Assembly: GCF_964355755.1 (NCBI RefSeq)
Contig: NC_092672.1
Coordinates: forward strand, 9,672,001-9,736,000
Reading direction: 5' to 3'
From: Antedon mediterranea
Taxonomy: Eukaryota; Animalia; Echinodermata
DNA length: 64,000 nucleotides
Shown here one piece after another: positions 38,701 through 45,861 of this stretch. Under the pieces are notes generated by a model. The model saw nothing but the letters and a program-made list of their open reading frames with translations. It was not told the origin of the DNA and did no database searches. The translations under genes and the position numbers were made by a program. Positions within the stretch are counted from its first letter, which is position 1; every line of letters begins with the position of its first letter.

Positions 38701-41700
38701 ATGTCGTTGGAGAAGGTAATTTCTTTTACCAATTTCACTTCAGAGATTTTCTAGGTGATGTGTGAGGGGTTAGTCTTCAATGATTGGCGGAAAACTACCA
38801 TATACATTTCAATTAATACAATAGTAATATAATATATATCTGTATCAACCTATTATGTGTATCTATCACATGGGATACATAATGATTGTCCTCAGAGAAA
38901 AAACTTTCTTATACTAGATTGTAATTAATATTTTTTTTGAAATTTCTGGGTTTTTTTTGGTATGTTTTGTATATGGATGAACTACTATTCGAAATAAAGA
39001 AAATGAATGAATGATATTTATCTGAGCATAATTAATTAGTTAACTTAGTTATAATGTACGTACTATAGATATGCCTACACAATGAATAAGTAAAATGTTT
39101 TCTAAATTTTTTGTCAGATCTGCCTATTGTTTGTGAAGAAGGTTACTGCTATAACAGTGGAAGTTGTTCTATAAACTCACTATTAGAAAAAGAATGCAGG
39201 TAATTATATTATTACAAAGTTAAAGAGACATTTTTATGTTTTTATTTGGTTGATTTAATATTTACGTTTTCAGAACATGTTGATATTTTTATTGTGCTCT
39301 TGTTTTTATAGTTGTGTTAATAACTTTTCGGGTGATCGATGTGAAGAATGCCCATCAAACTATTGCGAAAATGGCGGGAATTGCTCAACATCATCAGGCG
39401 TTGCAAGCTGCAGGTAAGTATTTGCCTTCTTTTGATTTAAGACACATGTGAAAACAAAATGTATCGCGAGCGCGTGTGTAATGACAGGAAATCCTAGAAA
39501 TGACATTTTGTACGCGCGCGTAAATGTTGTATGTGGTGTTTTCACTTAGTACTTCCAGTTCAGTTCTTTCAGTTGAACTCTTTCTAAAAATAAAAATAAT
39601 TTGCAGTTATGTTTAACTTACTTATAATTAGTTATTATTCTTAATCTTCTACTGAACATATAACAAAATTAAGTCACACATCATCTAACTAAAATTTTAT
39701 TTTCTTTCCAGTTGTCCCTTGTACTTCTCCGGTTCACAATGTCAGACAATAAGCTGCCCTGATGATTATTGTCAAAATGGTGGTTCGTGTTTAATTACCA
39801 TACAAAATCCCGTACCAAGTTGCAAGTAAGATAATTATTCAATTTGTAGAACTTATGGCAGTATCACAGTGCTGATTTTAAATGTGCATCACGGATACGT
39901 AATGGAAATACAGAAAAAAAACCTTACAAAACCATTCCACAGAAAATGGTCCTATAAAATGAGTCGGGTTGGTGAACATCAGTCCAAAATACGCAGAATT
40001 TTTTCCAAAATACGTCAAGTTGAGGGCGCTATACTAATCCAAAATACGCGAGTCTTTCCAAAATACGTCAACTTGAGGGCGCTATTCATTTTCCAAAATA
40101 CGCAAATTGTCCAAAATACGTCAAATTGAGGGCGCTATTCATTTCCAAAATACGCGATTTGTCCAAAATACGTCAATTTGCAATTTGGGACCGCTAGTAA
40201 TTTTCCAAAATACGTCAACTTGAGGGCGGCAAACTTTTTTCCAAAATACGAGAGCCTTTCCAAATGTATCATATTGAAAGTGTAAGGTAAAATTACAGTT
40301 TAATGTATTAAAAAAAAGTTTCTTAGAGTAAAACAAACAAGTACATTTTAGTTATAAATGAAAGTATTGGAAGGCAGAATTTTTTGTAAATAAAATGTCA
40401 TAGAGTAGCCAATTATTATTTTTCAATGTAATCATTTATTACTAAATAAAAACAAATATGTTCCAACATCAGTCAATAGACAGTGCCTATAATATACATT
40501 AATAATGTCTGAACGATGTACGATTGCATTGCCAGACGTAGCTTGTTTAAATGAGGCATAAACCGGCTACAAAAATAGCATGTGCGTATATAGTATTTAA
40601 GCATAGTTATAGGCATGTGTTATATATTTGGTGATCTACAAAATCGATATTTTTCCCGAGCTCGACAGAGGGAGTAGCCAATTAGCCAAGTAGCTACTCC
40701 CTTCTAAACCCCCCAACATCGCTTTCAATTTAATGTACAGTACTTATGGTCAAATAAGTTCTGAATCTGAAATCTAACATAATAGTTATTTCATATAATA
40801 TATAATAATAAAAAGCATATGGTATTGTAATTAAAATAATATCAATAATTGGTTAGAAGAAGTAAAGTAATTATTTAAATCGCGTATTTTGGAAAATGAA
40901 TAGCGCTCTCAAGTTGACGTATTTTGGAAAATTACAAGCGGTTCCAAATTGACGTATTTTGGACAAATCGCGTATTTTGGAAAATGACTAGCGCCCTCAA
41001 CTTGACGTATTTTGGACAATTCGCGTATTTTGGAAAATGAATAGCGCCCTCAAGTCGACGTATTTTGGAAAGACTCGCGTATTTTGGATTAGTATAGCGC
41101 CCTCAACTTTACGTATTTTGGAAAAAATTCTGCGTATTTTGGACTGAATTTCACCAACCCTATTGTATAAAATCGTCCAGCAAAAGAGGAGAAAAATAAT
41201 AATTGAAAATATTTTTTTTTAAATTATATGTGAAGAGAATAATTTTTTTTTGGAATATTATTCCACAATTTTTTGTCGTATACCAATTTCCAATTTTCCT
41301 ATTAAATTGTTATATCCAATTATTCCTTGCACACTAAGAATGACTAGTATTGTTTAAAAAAAATACAGGTAGGCCATGTACATATACAAATAATAAGAAG
41401 TTTTTGGTATTCAGTTTGACAAGTTTCAAAATGTATGACCACAATCTTTATCTTTTCGTCAGCTGTCCTTTGCACTTTTCTGGTTCCCTTTGTGAAATTG
41501 TAAGTTGTCCTGGAGATTATTGTCAAAATGGTGGTACGTGTTCGATTACGGTGGAAAACCCAGTACCCACGTGTAGGTAAGAAAAGTACAATATACCATT
41601 GTCAAAGAAAGAACAGTAATTTGCCATGTTAGTGTAAGAAACTAAAAAAAAAATGGATGAGCCAATACTATTTGGTTATTGTGTGCGTATTATCATACTG

Positions 41701-43494
41701 AGTATTTCACTTGGAGAACTATGATGATAGACAAAGTATAAAATGTTTTTTCCCCAACTTATTTTTTTTCAGTTGTGTCAGTGATTACAGCGGCGACCAA
41801 TGCCAAACCAGCAGTGGTAAGTATTTTACAAGGCCTGTGAAATTTTATCAAAATCAGATTTAGACCTAACTATTTTGCTTTCAATACAAGTAACCATTAA
41901 AAAAATTATTATGAAGGATTCCTTCATATTTTAATTTATTTTACGAATATTAGATACATTTGTTTTTCTGTATTAGGCCTACTCTATTTTTTTAATTATA
42001 AAAATAATTTCCAAAAACACTTAATTGGTGTAAAACTATTATGACACGTTCTAGAGGACTTTCAAACCGTTCGTTCTTTTTTAATTTATTACGAATAAGA
42101 TTGAAATATCGATACTTATAGATATCTGTTATTCTCGTTTTGCCTATACTTGTTTATTCATAAATATTTTGCCTCACGAACTATTTGTAAGAATAAATCG
42201 TCAAACTATAATACTATTATGTTTATAAATAAATAAATTATTTTATTTTGCAGATGATAGCTTAGTCCTTATTCTGATTATCATTAGTGCAATAGCTGGA
42301 TTGACTTTATTCGTAATTTTAATATTTTGCTGTATGTTATTCGTGGCTAACCGACGCCGCGAACGACATCAACAAGCGGTCAAGCATTTCACCGGTCAAC
42401 ATGACAGGGGCATGGTTGCTCGTAACGCTGATTACTACGAGGGTTTATTTGGATATTCAAGACAACCATTCTTCCATGAAACTGATTCAGTTTCATCACA
42501 TGGTGATGACTCCAGATTATCACATCTTGCGCAAGTACTTCGGAACGCTCCACACCTTAATGTAAGATGTCTGATTACAAATATAATTACTTTATACACC
42601 ATCATAAAATAATTTATTTTATCAGTGTAATATATCATTATTACATGTCATATATGTAAATCATATTTTTCACTTTTCATAAATACAAATTAAGATCCTC
42701 CATTATTTATATTAATAATAATAGCAATATGTATTCGGTCACCAATGAAAAATAAACAGGAGTGATAATAGGCTCAAACCCAAACAGATTCTGCACTCAC
42801 TTTACTTTTTTAAACAAAAATAAAAATAATGCAATTGACGTTATTAAATTGTTGGCTTTTTTAAATAGCATTATAAATAAATTAATCGGTCGGAAATTGG
42901 GCGTAATATTTAGCCAAATTCAGAGAGCAATACAAAGTAACAGATATATTTTTGTGACGTCACAAATGTGCTAATTTTTCTTAAAAATAAAAAAGGCACG
43001 TTCTTTTGGTCTTAGCTTTGCCAAAATAAGAGAAAGAAATTGTGTAAAAACAAGCACAAAATACAAAGCATAGTAATAAACACTCAGATAATCTTACTTT
43101 CAACTAATCAGGTTAGAATCCGATCCAATTATTGTAAAATGTTGTAATATGTATCTTCATAGAATAAAATGAGAGAAAGTTCGCTGTCTGGTTCAGAGTT
43201 TAGTAGGCCGTACGTAGCTACTGGAATGGAGGCAAGGGACCTAGATCTAGAGGTAAGTGGACATTTTGATAGATTCTTCTTACATTTTGATTCAGTCAGG
43301 ATTGAGCTACATGACATTTGTAGGCCTAATGAATGACTGAACACTGTTGAAGCAATTTTTAATTTAATTGAGTCGTTTTAACTGATATTTTCTAGGAAAT
43401 GGAAAGAAATAGAGGATCAAGAATTACAACTATTCATAATTTCTCCGCTAGGGATCCACAAAGACAATCTACCTCTCGGAATTTTTATTTTTAA
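2646..43494 (+). CDS. Whole gene (52 exons, ~2689 aa): MUC4-like/mucin-like transmembrane protein (EGF, LDLa x2, Sushi x2, NIDO, AMOP, VWD, ~29 EGF/cbEGF, SEA x2, TM)
   Basis: All exons are bounded by AG/GT with compatible phases. Lengths sum to 8070 nt (a multiple of 3) with no internal stop. Motifs seen: IAPFWAD, NTFQ, GTQCCY, FGDPH, DIDEC repeats, FKEGSII and a hydrophobic TM. Confidence 0.88.
3553..4068 (+). mobile_element. 5'-truncated non-LTR retrotransposon (ORF2 C-terminus + 3' UTR + (TTA)n tail)
   Basis: [33 protein letters not shown]; the 3' end tggatgcacc...tgtgtgccac...aataaat(tat)n is shared with the copy ending near 26490. Confidence 0.7.
4733..6693 (-). mobile_element. Non-autonomous (internally deleted) Ty3/Gypsy-type LTR retrotransposon
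   Basis: 527-bp LTRs at 4733-5259 and 6167-6693 (TG...CA), identical by eye. TSD TAGGC (4728-4732/6694-6698). PBS TGGTGGCAGCGGT (6161-6149). PPT GAGGGGGGAG (5269-5260). Internal ORF has a gag-like coiled coil and an integrase-like remnant. Confidence 0.93.
6921..7440. repeat. Compound (CAT/CAA/CGT)n microsatellite with higher-order blocks
   Basis: Directly visible. Confidence 0.92.
8888..9648. mobile_element. MITE/non-autonomous DNA transposon (TA or TWA target)
   Basis: TIR aagcctgttttcctgtcgacgttattcgacgctatcgt / acgatagcgtcgaataacgtcaacaggaaaacaggctt, flanked by TA. Confidence 0.85.
9742..11786. mobile_element. Non-autonomous DNA transposon with ~190-bp TIRs
   Basis: 9752-9935 (catttcggccgcc x3 ... 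gcctatcgcctgaatagacgtg) is inverted at ~11598-11776. A related end with gaaatcggtcgcg repeats is nested at ~9940-10095. Confidence 0.8.
12551..12628 (+). CDS. Exon 2, short Ser/Thr/acidic linker
   Basis: tttcatag|(D)[26 protein letters not shown]|gtgag; 78 nt, phase 1-1. Confidence 0.7.
12802..12982 (+). mobile_element. Short hairpin-ended DNA element with 9-bp TSD (AcademH-like non-autonomous)
   Basis: Ends TAGTCTGGGTTCCAGAC...AGACTTGGGGCAAGTCTA; TSD CATGACGAC on both sides; second copy at 52771-52940. Confidence 0.8.
13047..13496. mobile_element. Rearranged MITE fragments (ttccactagcgacgcaacgtaacg family)
   Basis: Internal direct and inverted repeats; related pieces at ~45236-45357 and ~61657-61780. 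Confidence 0.6.
13921..14055 (+). CDS. Exon 3, EGF-like
   Basis: [45 protein letters not shown]; ag/gtaag. Confidence 0.92.
14224..14352 (+). CDS. Exon 4, LDL-receptor class A
   Basis: [40 protein letters not shown] (DCxDxSDE motif). Confidence 0.92.
14690..14812 (+). CDS. Exon 5, LDL-receptor class A
   Basis: [40 protein letters not shown]. Confidence 0.9.
15304..15486 (+). CDS. Exon 6, Sushi/CCP 1
   Basis: [11 protein letters not shown]...[19 protein letters not shown]...PRC. Confidence 0.88.
15651..15830 (+). CDS. Exon 7, Sushi/CCP 2
   Basis: [11 protein letters not shown]...[15 protein letters not shown]...YTCNDG...HC. Confidence 0.9.
15936..16252 (+). mobile_element. tRNA-derived SINE
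   Basis: A box TGGCCGAGCGG, B box GTTCGAGGC, core ggataaagactataaaccgtaggtcc...gcactttaaagaac, (CAAT)n tail. Degenerate copy at ~14850-15105 and a reverse fragment at ~21130-21190. Confidence 0.82.
16467..16592 (+). CDS. Exon 8, cbEGF
   Basis: [42 protein letters not shown]. Confidence 0.92.
16859..16981 (+). CDS. Exon 9, cbEGF
   Basis: [41 protein letters not shown]. Confidence 0.92.
17341..17495 (+). CDS. Exon 10, NIDO N-terminal region
   Basis: [14 protein letters not shown]...[13 protein letters not shown]|gtaag. Confidence 0.88.
17964..18128 (+). CDS. Exon 11, NIDO
   Basis: FTENGIF...[10 protein letters not shown]...GDVLYQ. Confidence 0.92.
18592..18768 (+). CDS. Exon 12, NIDO
   Basis: EYVSGDE...[15 protein letters not shown]...TRK|gtacg. 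Confidence 0.88.
19055..19553 (+). CDS. Exon 13, NIDO end / AMOP start
   Basis: [20 protein letters not shown]...[14 protein letters not shown]...WCNDWY...[14 protein letters not shown]; tandem CAGCAG acceptor. Confidence 0.92.
20087..20278 (+). CDS. Exon 14, AMOP
   Basis: TSYAVCFHS...[17 protein letters not shown]. Confidence 0.88.
20944..21063 (+). CDS. Exon 15, AMOP end
   Basis: [39 protein letters not shown]. Confidence 0.92.
21389..21594 (+). CDS. Exon 16, VWD start with GDPH
   Basis: [24 protein letters not shown]. Confidence 0.93.
21941..22475 (-). mobile_element. Partial-tandem (1.5 unit, 353-bp period) repeat element carrying an internal tRNA-like gene
   Basis: 21941-22122 is repeated at 22294-22475; 17-bp flanking duplication; fragment also at ~14508-14562. 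Confidence 0.75.
22056..22127 (-). pseudogene. tRNA-like sequence (apparent anticodon ATC) within the repeat element
   Basis: ACCCCAG TG GTCTAATGGTTAGGAC A TCTGC ATATCAA GCAGG CGGT CCAAG TTCGAGT CTCGG TTGGGGC G folds as a cloverleaf with mismatches; 5'-truncated copy at 22409-22475. Confidence 0.65.
22542..22629 (+). CDS. Exon 17, VWD
   Basis: [29 protein letters not shown]; phase 0-1 fits both neighbours. Confidence 0.85.
23069..23240. mobile_element. MITE family with TIR (t)aaagctctgtctacactatcaaact
   Basis: Copies at ~17731-17853, 23069-23240, 27812-27920, 37042-37206, 38159-38312 and 50917-50990. Confidence 0.8.
23361..23540 (+). CDS. Exon 18, VWD
   Basis: GPYSTMSDP...[12 protein letters not shown]|gt. 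Confidence 0.9.
23978..24085 (+). CDS. Exon 19, VWD end
   Basis: [15 protein letters not shown]...IFETSNS. Confidence 0.88.
24428..24685 (+). CDS. Exon 20, post-VWD Cys-rich region
   Basis: [10 protein letters not shown]...[24 protein letters not shown]. Confidence 0.9.
25065..25250 (+). CDS. Exon 21, cadherin/Ig-like module
   Basis: ENIPPVID...[16 protein letters not shown]...SIDSQ A|gtgag. Confidence 0.88.
25226..25477 (+). repeat. 126-bp tandem duplication spanning the exon 21 splice donor
   Basis: 25226-25351 matches 25352-25477 with 1 mismatch seen. Confidence 0.92.
25600..26490 (+). mobile_element. 5'-truncated non-LTR retrotransposon 3' part
   Basis: LEPYL...[11 protein letters not shown]...[16 protein letters not shown] (CxxC...EDxxH zinc knuckle); later [16 protein letters not shown]; AATAAA + (TAT)n tail. 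Confidence 0.8.
26568..26749 (+). CDS. Exon 22, cadherin-like end / EGF start
   Basis: GVFTWTP...FIVSDG...[11 protein letters not shown]. Confidence 0.9.
26912..27092 (+). CDS. Exon 23, EGF end + EGF
   Basis: [35 protein letters not shown]...[16 protein letters not shown]. Confidence 0.92.
27496..27642 (+). CDS. Exon 24, cbEGF
   Basis: DYDECAAG...[16 protein letters not shown]. Confidence 0.92.
28075..28197 (+). CDS. Exon 25, cbEGF
   Basis: [40 protein letters not shown]. Confidence 0.92.
28714..28836 (+). CDS. Exon 26, cbEGF
   Basis: [40 protein letters not shown]. Confidence 0.92.
29386..29631 (+). CDS. Exon 27, two cbEGF
   Basis: [12 protein letters not shown]...[12 protein letters not shown]...[10 protein letters not shown]. 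Confidence 0.92.
29751..29879 (+). CDS. Exon 28, cbEGF
   Basis: [29 protein letters not shown]. Confidence 0.9.
30287..30415 (+). CDS. Exon 29, cbEGF
   Basis: [31 protein letters not shown]. Confidence 0.92.
   Translation: MLMNVFLLMEELRALPTAFVTTSLVLTLVTVCRVTLVMGLTA
30852..30974 (+). CDS. Exon 30, cbEGF
   Basis: [40 protein letters not shown]. Confidence 0.92.
31102..31233 (+). CDS. Exon 31, EGF (non-Ca-binding)
   Basis: [35 protein letters not shown]. Confidence 0.88.
31611..31742 (+). CDS. Exon 32, cbEGF
   Basis: [33 protein letters not shown]. Confidence 0.92.
31966..32079 (+). CDS. Exon 33, cbEGF
   Basis: [37 protein letters not shown]. Confidence 0.92.
32228..32350 (+). CDS. Exon 34, cbEGF
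   Basis: [39 protein letters not shown]. Confidence 0.92.
   Translation: MLTSVLATLATAMKMQIVKIQKEVIDVHAKMVTLEMDKHV
32905..33027 (+). CDS. Exon 35, cbEGF
   Basis: [36 protein letters not shown]. Confidence 0.92.
   Translation: MSMSVFHRRFVIRLQLVAILMVRLLAHVSVDILATVSIPA
33413..33655 (+). CDS. Exon 36, two cbEGF
   Basis: [16 protein letters not shown]...[23 protein letters not shown]. Confidence 0.92.
33720..34225. repeat. 39-bp minisatellite x13
   Basis: Unit gtaggtggataaacgtaggcctacttgtgagcatgcata. Confidence 0.97.
34321..34455 (+). CDS. Exon 37, cbEGF
   Basis: [33 protein letters not shown]. Confidence 0.92.
34664..34786 (+). CDS. Exon 38, cbEGF
   Basis: [40 protein letters not shown]. 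Confidence 0.92.
35124..35252 (+). CDS. Exon 39, cbEGF
   Basis: [31 protein letters not shown]. Confidence 0.9.
35539..35651 (+). CDS. Exon 40, SEA-like domain 1 (N half)
   Basis: [15 protein letters not shown]...SIELAND|gtaag; same phase 0 split as SEA2. Confidence 0.82.
35707..35970. repeat. 132-bp tandem duplication in intron 40
   Basis: gtagctttctc...cacacatgattt occurs at 35710 and 35842, with several substitutions. Confidence 0.9.
36095..36341 (+). CDS. Exon 41, SEA-like domain 1 (C half)
   Basis: [18 protein letters not shown]...[10 protein letters not shown]. Confidence 0.85.
36826..36966 (+). CDS. Exon 42, EGF
   Basis: [21 protein letters not shown]...[10 protein letters not shown]. 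Confidence 0.9.
37042..37206. mobile_element. MITE, same family, both TIRs present
   Basis: aaagccctttctacactatcaaact ... agtttgatagtgtagacagggcttt. Confidence 0.82.
37320..37597 (+). mobile_element. tRNA-derived SINE (second family)
   Basis: A box TGGCCTGGTGG, B box GGTTCAAGTCC, A-rich (TAAAA)n tail; degenerate relatives at ~20310-20400 and ~27730-27790. Confidence 0.72.
37680..37924 (+). CDS. Exon 43, cbEGF + SEA domain 2 start
   Basis: [10 protein letters not shown]...SFRGELRV...[13 protein letters not shown]. Confidence 0.92.
38487..38715 (+). CDS. Exon 44, SEA domain 2 with G/SIIA
   Basis: [22 protein letters not shown]. Confidence 0.92.
39118..39199 (+). CDS. Exon 45, EGF
   Basis: [27 protein letters not shown]; ends in phase 2. 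Confidence 0.88.
39312..39413 (+). CDS. Exon 46, EGF
   Basis: [33 protein letters not shown]. Confidence 0.9.
39712..39825 (+). CDS. Exon 47, EGF
   Basis: [37 protein letters not shown]. Confidence 0.9.
39961..41165. mobile_element. Foldback-type non-autonomous DNA transposon with 8-bp TSD
   Basis: ~290-bp arms (gggttggtgaa..tcagtccaaaatacg / cgtattttggactgaatttcaccaaccc) built of tccaaaatacg repeats; TSD TATAAAAT at 39953-39960 and 41166-41173. Confidence 0.88.
41463..41576 (+). CDS. Exon 48, EGF (paralog of exon 47)
   Basis: [37 protein letters not shown]. Confidence 0.9.
41773..41816 (+). CDS. Exon 49, EGF end
   Basis: [14 protein letters not shown]; phase 2-1. Confidence 0.88.
42254..42561 (+). 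CDS. Exon 50, transmembrane helix + cytoplasmic tail
   Basis: [29 protein letters not shown] then NRRRER stop-transfer. Confidence 0.9.
43163..43252 (+). CDS. Exon 51, cytoplasmic tail
   Basis: [30 protein letters not shown]; cttcatag/gtaag, phase 0-0. Confidence 0.82.
43396..43494 (+). CDS. Exon 52, terminal
   Basis: [32 protein letters not shown]; AATAAA at 43916-43921. Confidence 0.78.
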   Translation, partial: EMERNRGSRITTIHNFSARDPQRQSTSRNFYF

Positions 43495-44399
43495 CGCAAT
43501 GGTGGCAAAGGGTGCTCGACTCGACAAATATCTAATGACTTCTGTATTTATACATTTGTGTGCATAATACACTATAATCTGCGTTGGGAATTCTATTCAC
43601 TTTGTGACTAATACAAACTATGTACTTATAAATTTAATACTGCATACACTTGTACTATTTACGTCGAAAAGATTAAAATTAGATATAGTTTAATATGTTA
43701 AAATAGAATATATTTATATAGATATATATATATATATTTGCAAAAACCTACTGCATAATATCCCGATATTTTAATTTAAAAAATGGAATTAGTAAACTAA
43801 TCTAAATCGTTTTTAAAAACTGCTGCGTTTCATTCATTATTTTCAAGCGAAATGTATTTTCAAATGAAAACAAAAAAGGATTTTGTAAATTAGTAGTAGG
43901 CCTATAGTATTATGAAATAAATATTAATATGTAATATTATATTTTATCTTTATTAACAAAAAGTATTATTGTATAGATAATATATATTTAAGGACTTATA
44001 AAGTTCTTAATATGTATATTTGTGTCTTGTATTTTGAATTAAAAAAAAAGAGTTCTTAAAGTGCACGTTTTCTTATGATTTCACGTTACATTTTTCCTAG
44101 ATCGCAGTTTAAAGTTGATTTAAAATCATCAAATTACTAGAAAATCAAACTAATAAGCAATAATTTTAATTAAATCAAAAGAAAATCGAAAGCTCCCTAC
44201 TAAATTTTCGATCGGTGTATTTACTTTGTTCATTGTTTATGTTTCCTATCCACGTATAGTTATTGGTCTGTCAACTCTATGGCCTTTTACCTTTTCGTAA
44301 AAACATTGTGAGGAAAATTCGGTTGTATGAGTATGATATCCATCGGAAGCCTTATCATATAAGGCAAGCGAAAATATTTTAATCTCAACGATTATAAGC

Positions 44400-44553
44400 A
44401 ACGTCTTAGTTAAGTCGAAGATGCTCTCCAGGTGGAATGTCATCCTGAGATGAGTAGTAGTAATTAGTCTTGTTTATTTTATTTCATTTATATGTAATTT
44501 TTTACTTTCTATGGACCAGAGTTTCCAAAATGAAAGATTGAATGAATGAATGA
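44400..44553 (+). mobile_element. Retroposon 3' end with (GAAT)n tail
   Basis: Inverted homologous copy at ~53622-53780. Confidence 0.65.
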
Positions 44554-45661
44554 ATATCCTGGCACACATGGCATACAAAACATAAGTTTCGAACAATGAA
44601 ACAAAAATATATTCAGCTATGTTATGTACAATTTATTATGAATATTAAAGAAAATAGATTCTTTGGATCAAGTTTGTTGACATCTGCTATACATTGTTAA
44701 GAATATATAATCACACTAAAACTATATCTTATGAGGTTTACAGCTTAGACTATAAAATACCGTCTGATAAAAGCAGTCACATTTGTAGTTATTTATTTTT
44801 ACTTTGGTTTAAAATAATATACATTATTATCGATATCAATGGATATCGTCTAATATTATACGTTCTACTTTTACGTTTAAAATTTAATAAATATTATGTT
44901 TCGTTCATTACTGAATACACGAAAGAGTATCAAAAGTAGCAGCGTTTTTTTTATATTTTAAATATACACTGCACCCCACAAGTTCACCAACTGTAGGCTA
45001 AATGACATATTATTGGATAATTACCAATTACTCTGTATGAACAGCAGAGTTCGCCTTGTTTGAAATTACTCGAAATAACGTACATGACAACATGAGTATC
45101 GTGTTGTTTGGTTATTGATGGTTGGTTTCCACCTTGACGCAACGCAACGACGTATACGCAGTGCAAGTGAGTTTATCAATAACAATCGGCAGATGAGATG
45201 ATTACTTACCGGTGGGCTTATACGTTACGTATAATGCTTGGTTCTCACTATGACGTAACGCAAGGATGTAATTCATGCCACAAGCTATAGTTTATTCGAA
45301 ATGTTGCTTGTGATTGGTAATTCACTTGCGTTGCATCTCTAGTGAGAACCACGCCTTGTAGTGTCAACCAAGTTTTAAAGTTGTGGTAAATGGAGAAACA
45401 TGGCGTATTAAAGATGTGGTGTTGACATTATTATTATCACTTTTTCTTACGAAATATGAAACGTATTCCTTGACAAATGATTGAAATTTAAATCATACAT
45501 GAAAAAAAAATGCTATTTGGTTTATAATATAAAAATGTACATCTTAACCCCCAATGATGGTCTGATCGTCACATCGCATTTTATGAATAATTGCTGGATA
45601 AGCCACTGGAAAAAAATGTATCATCAGCTGTAGCTTATGGTCACGATGTGATCCTTTTGTT

Positions 45662-45861
45662 TCATTTGTACCGAAAAGGTTCATCAGCAGCCCCGTTTCC
45701 TGAATACGTTGGGCTTTCACTAGAATCAATACTTTCAATCTGGCTGGAATCAATGTTAACATCACTAGTATCAATACTCGAGCCTGGATGTTCTGGATAT
45801 TCATTGCCTGGTTCGGGTGTCTGATATAAATGGCCACTTGGCATCCCAGGAAAACCACCAC
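45662..45861 (-). CDS. EMI-collagen gene exon 8, terminal acidic Ser/Pro-rich tail
   Basis: [34 protein letters not shown]...DEPFRYK*. Confidence 0.8.
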
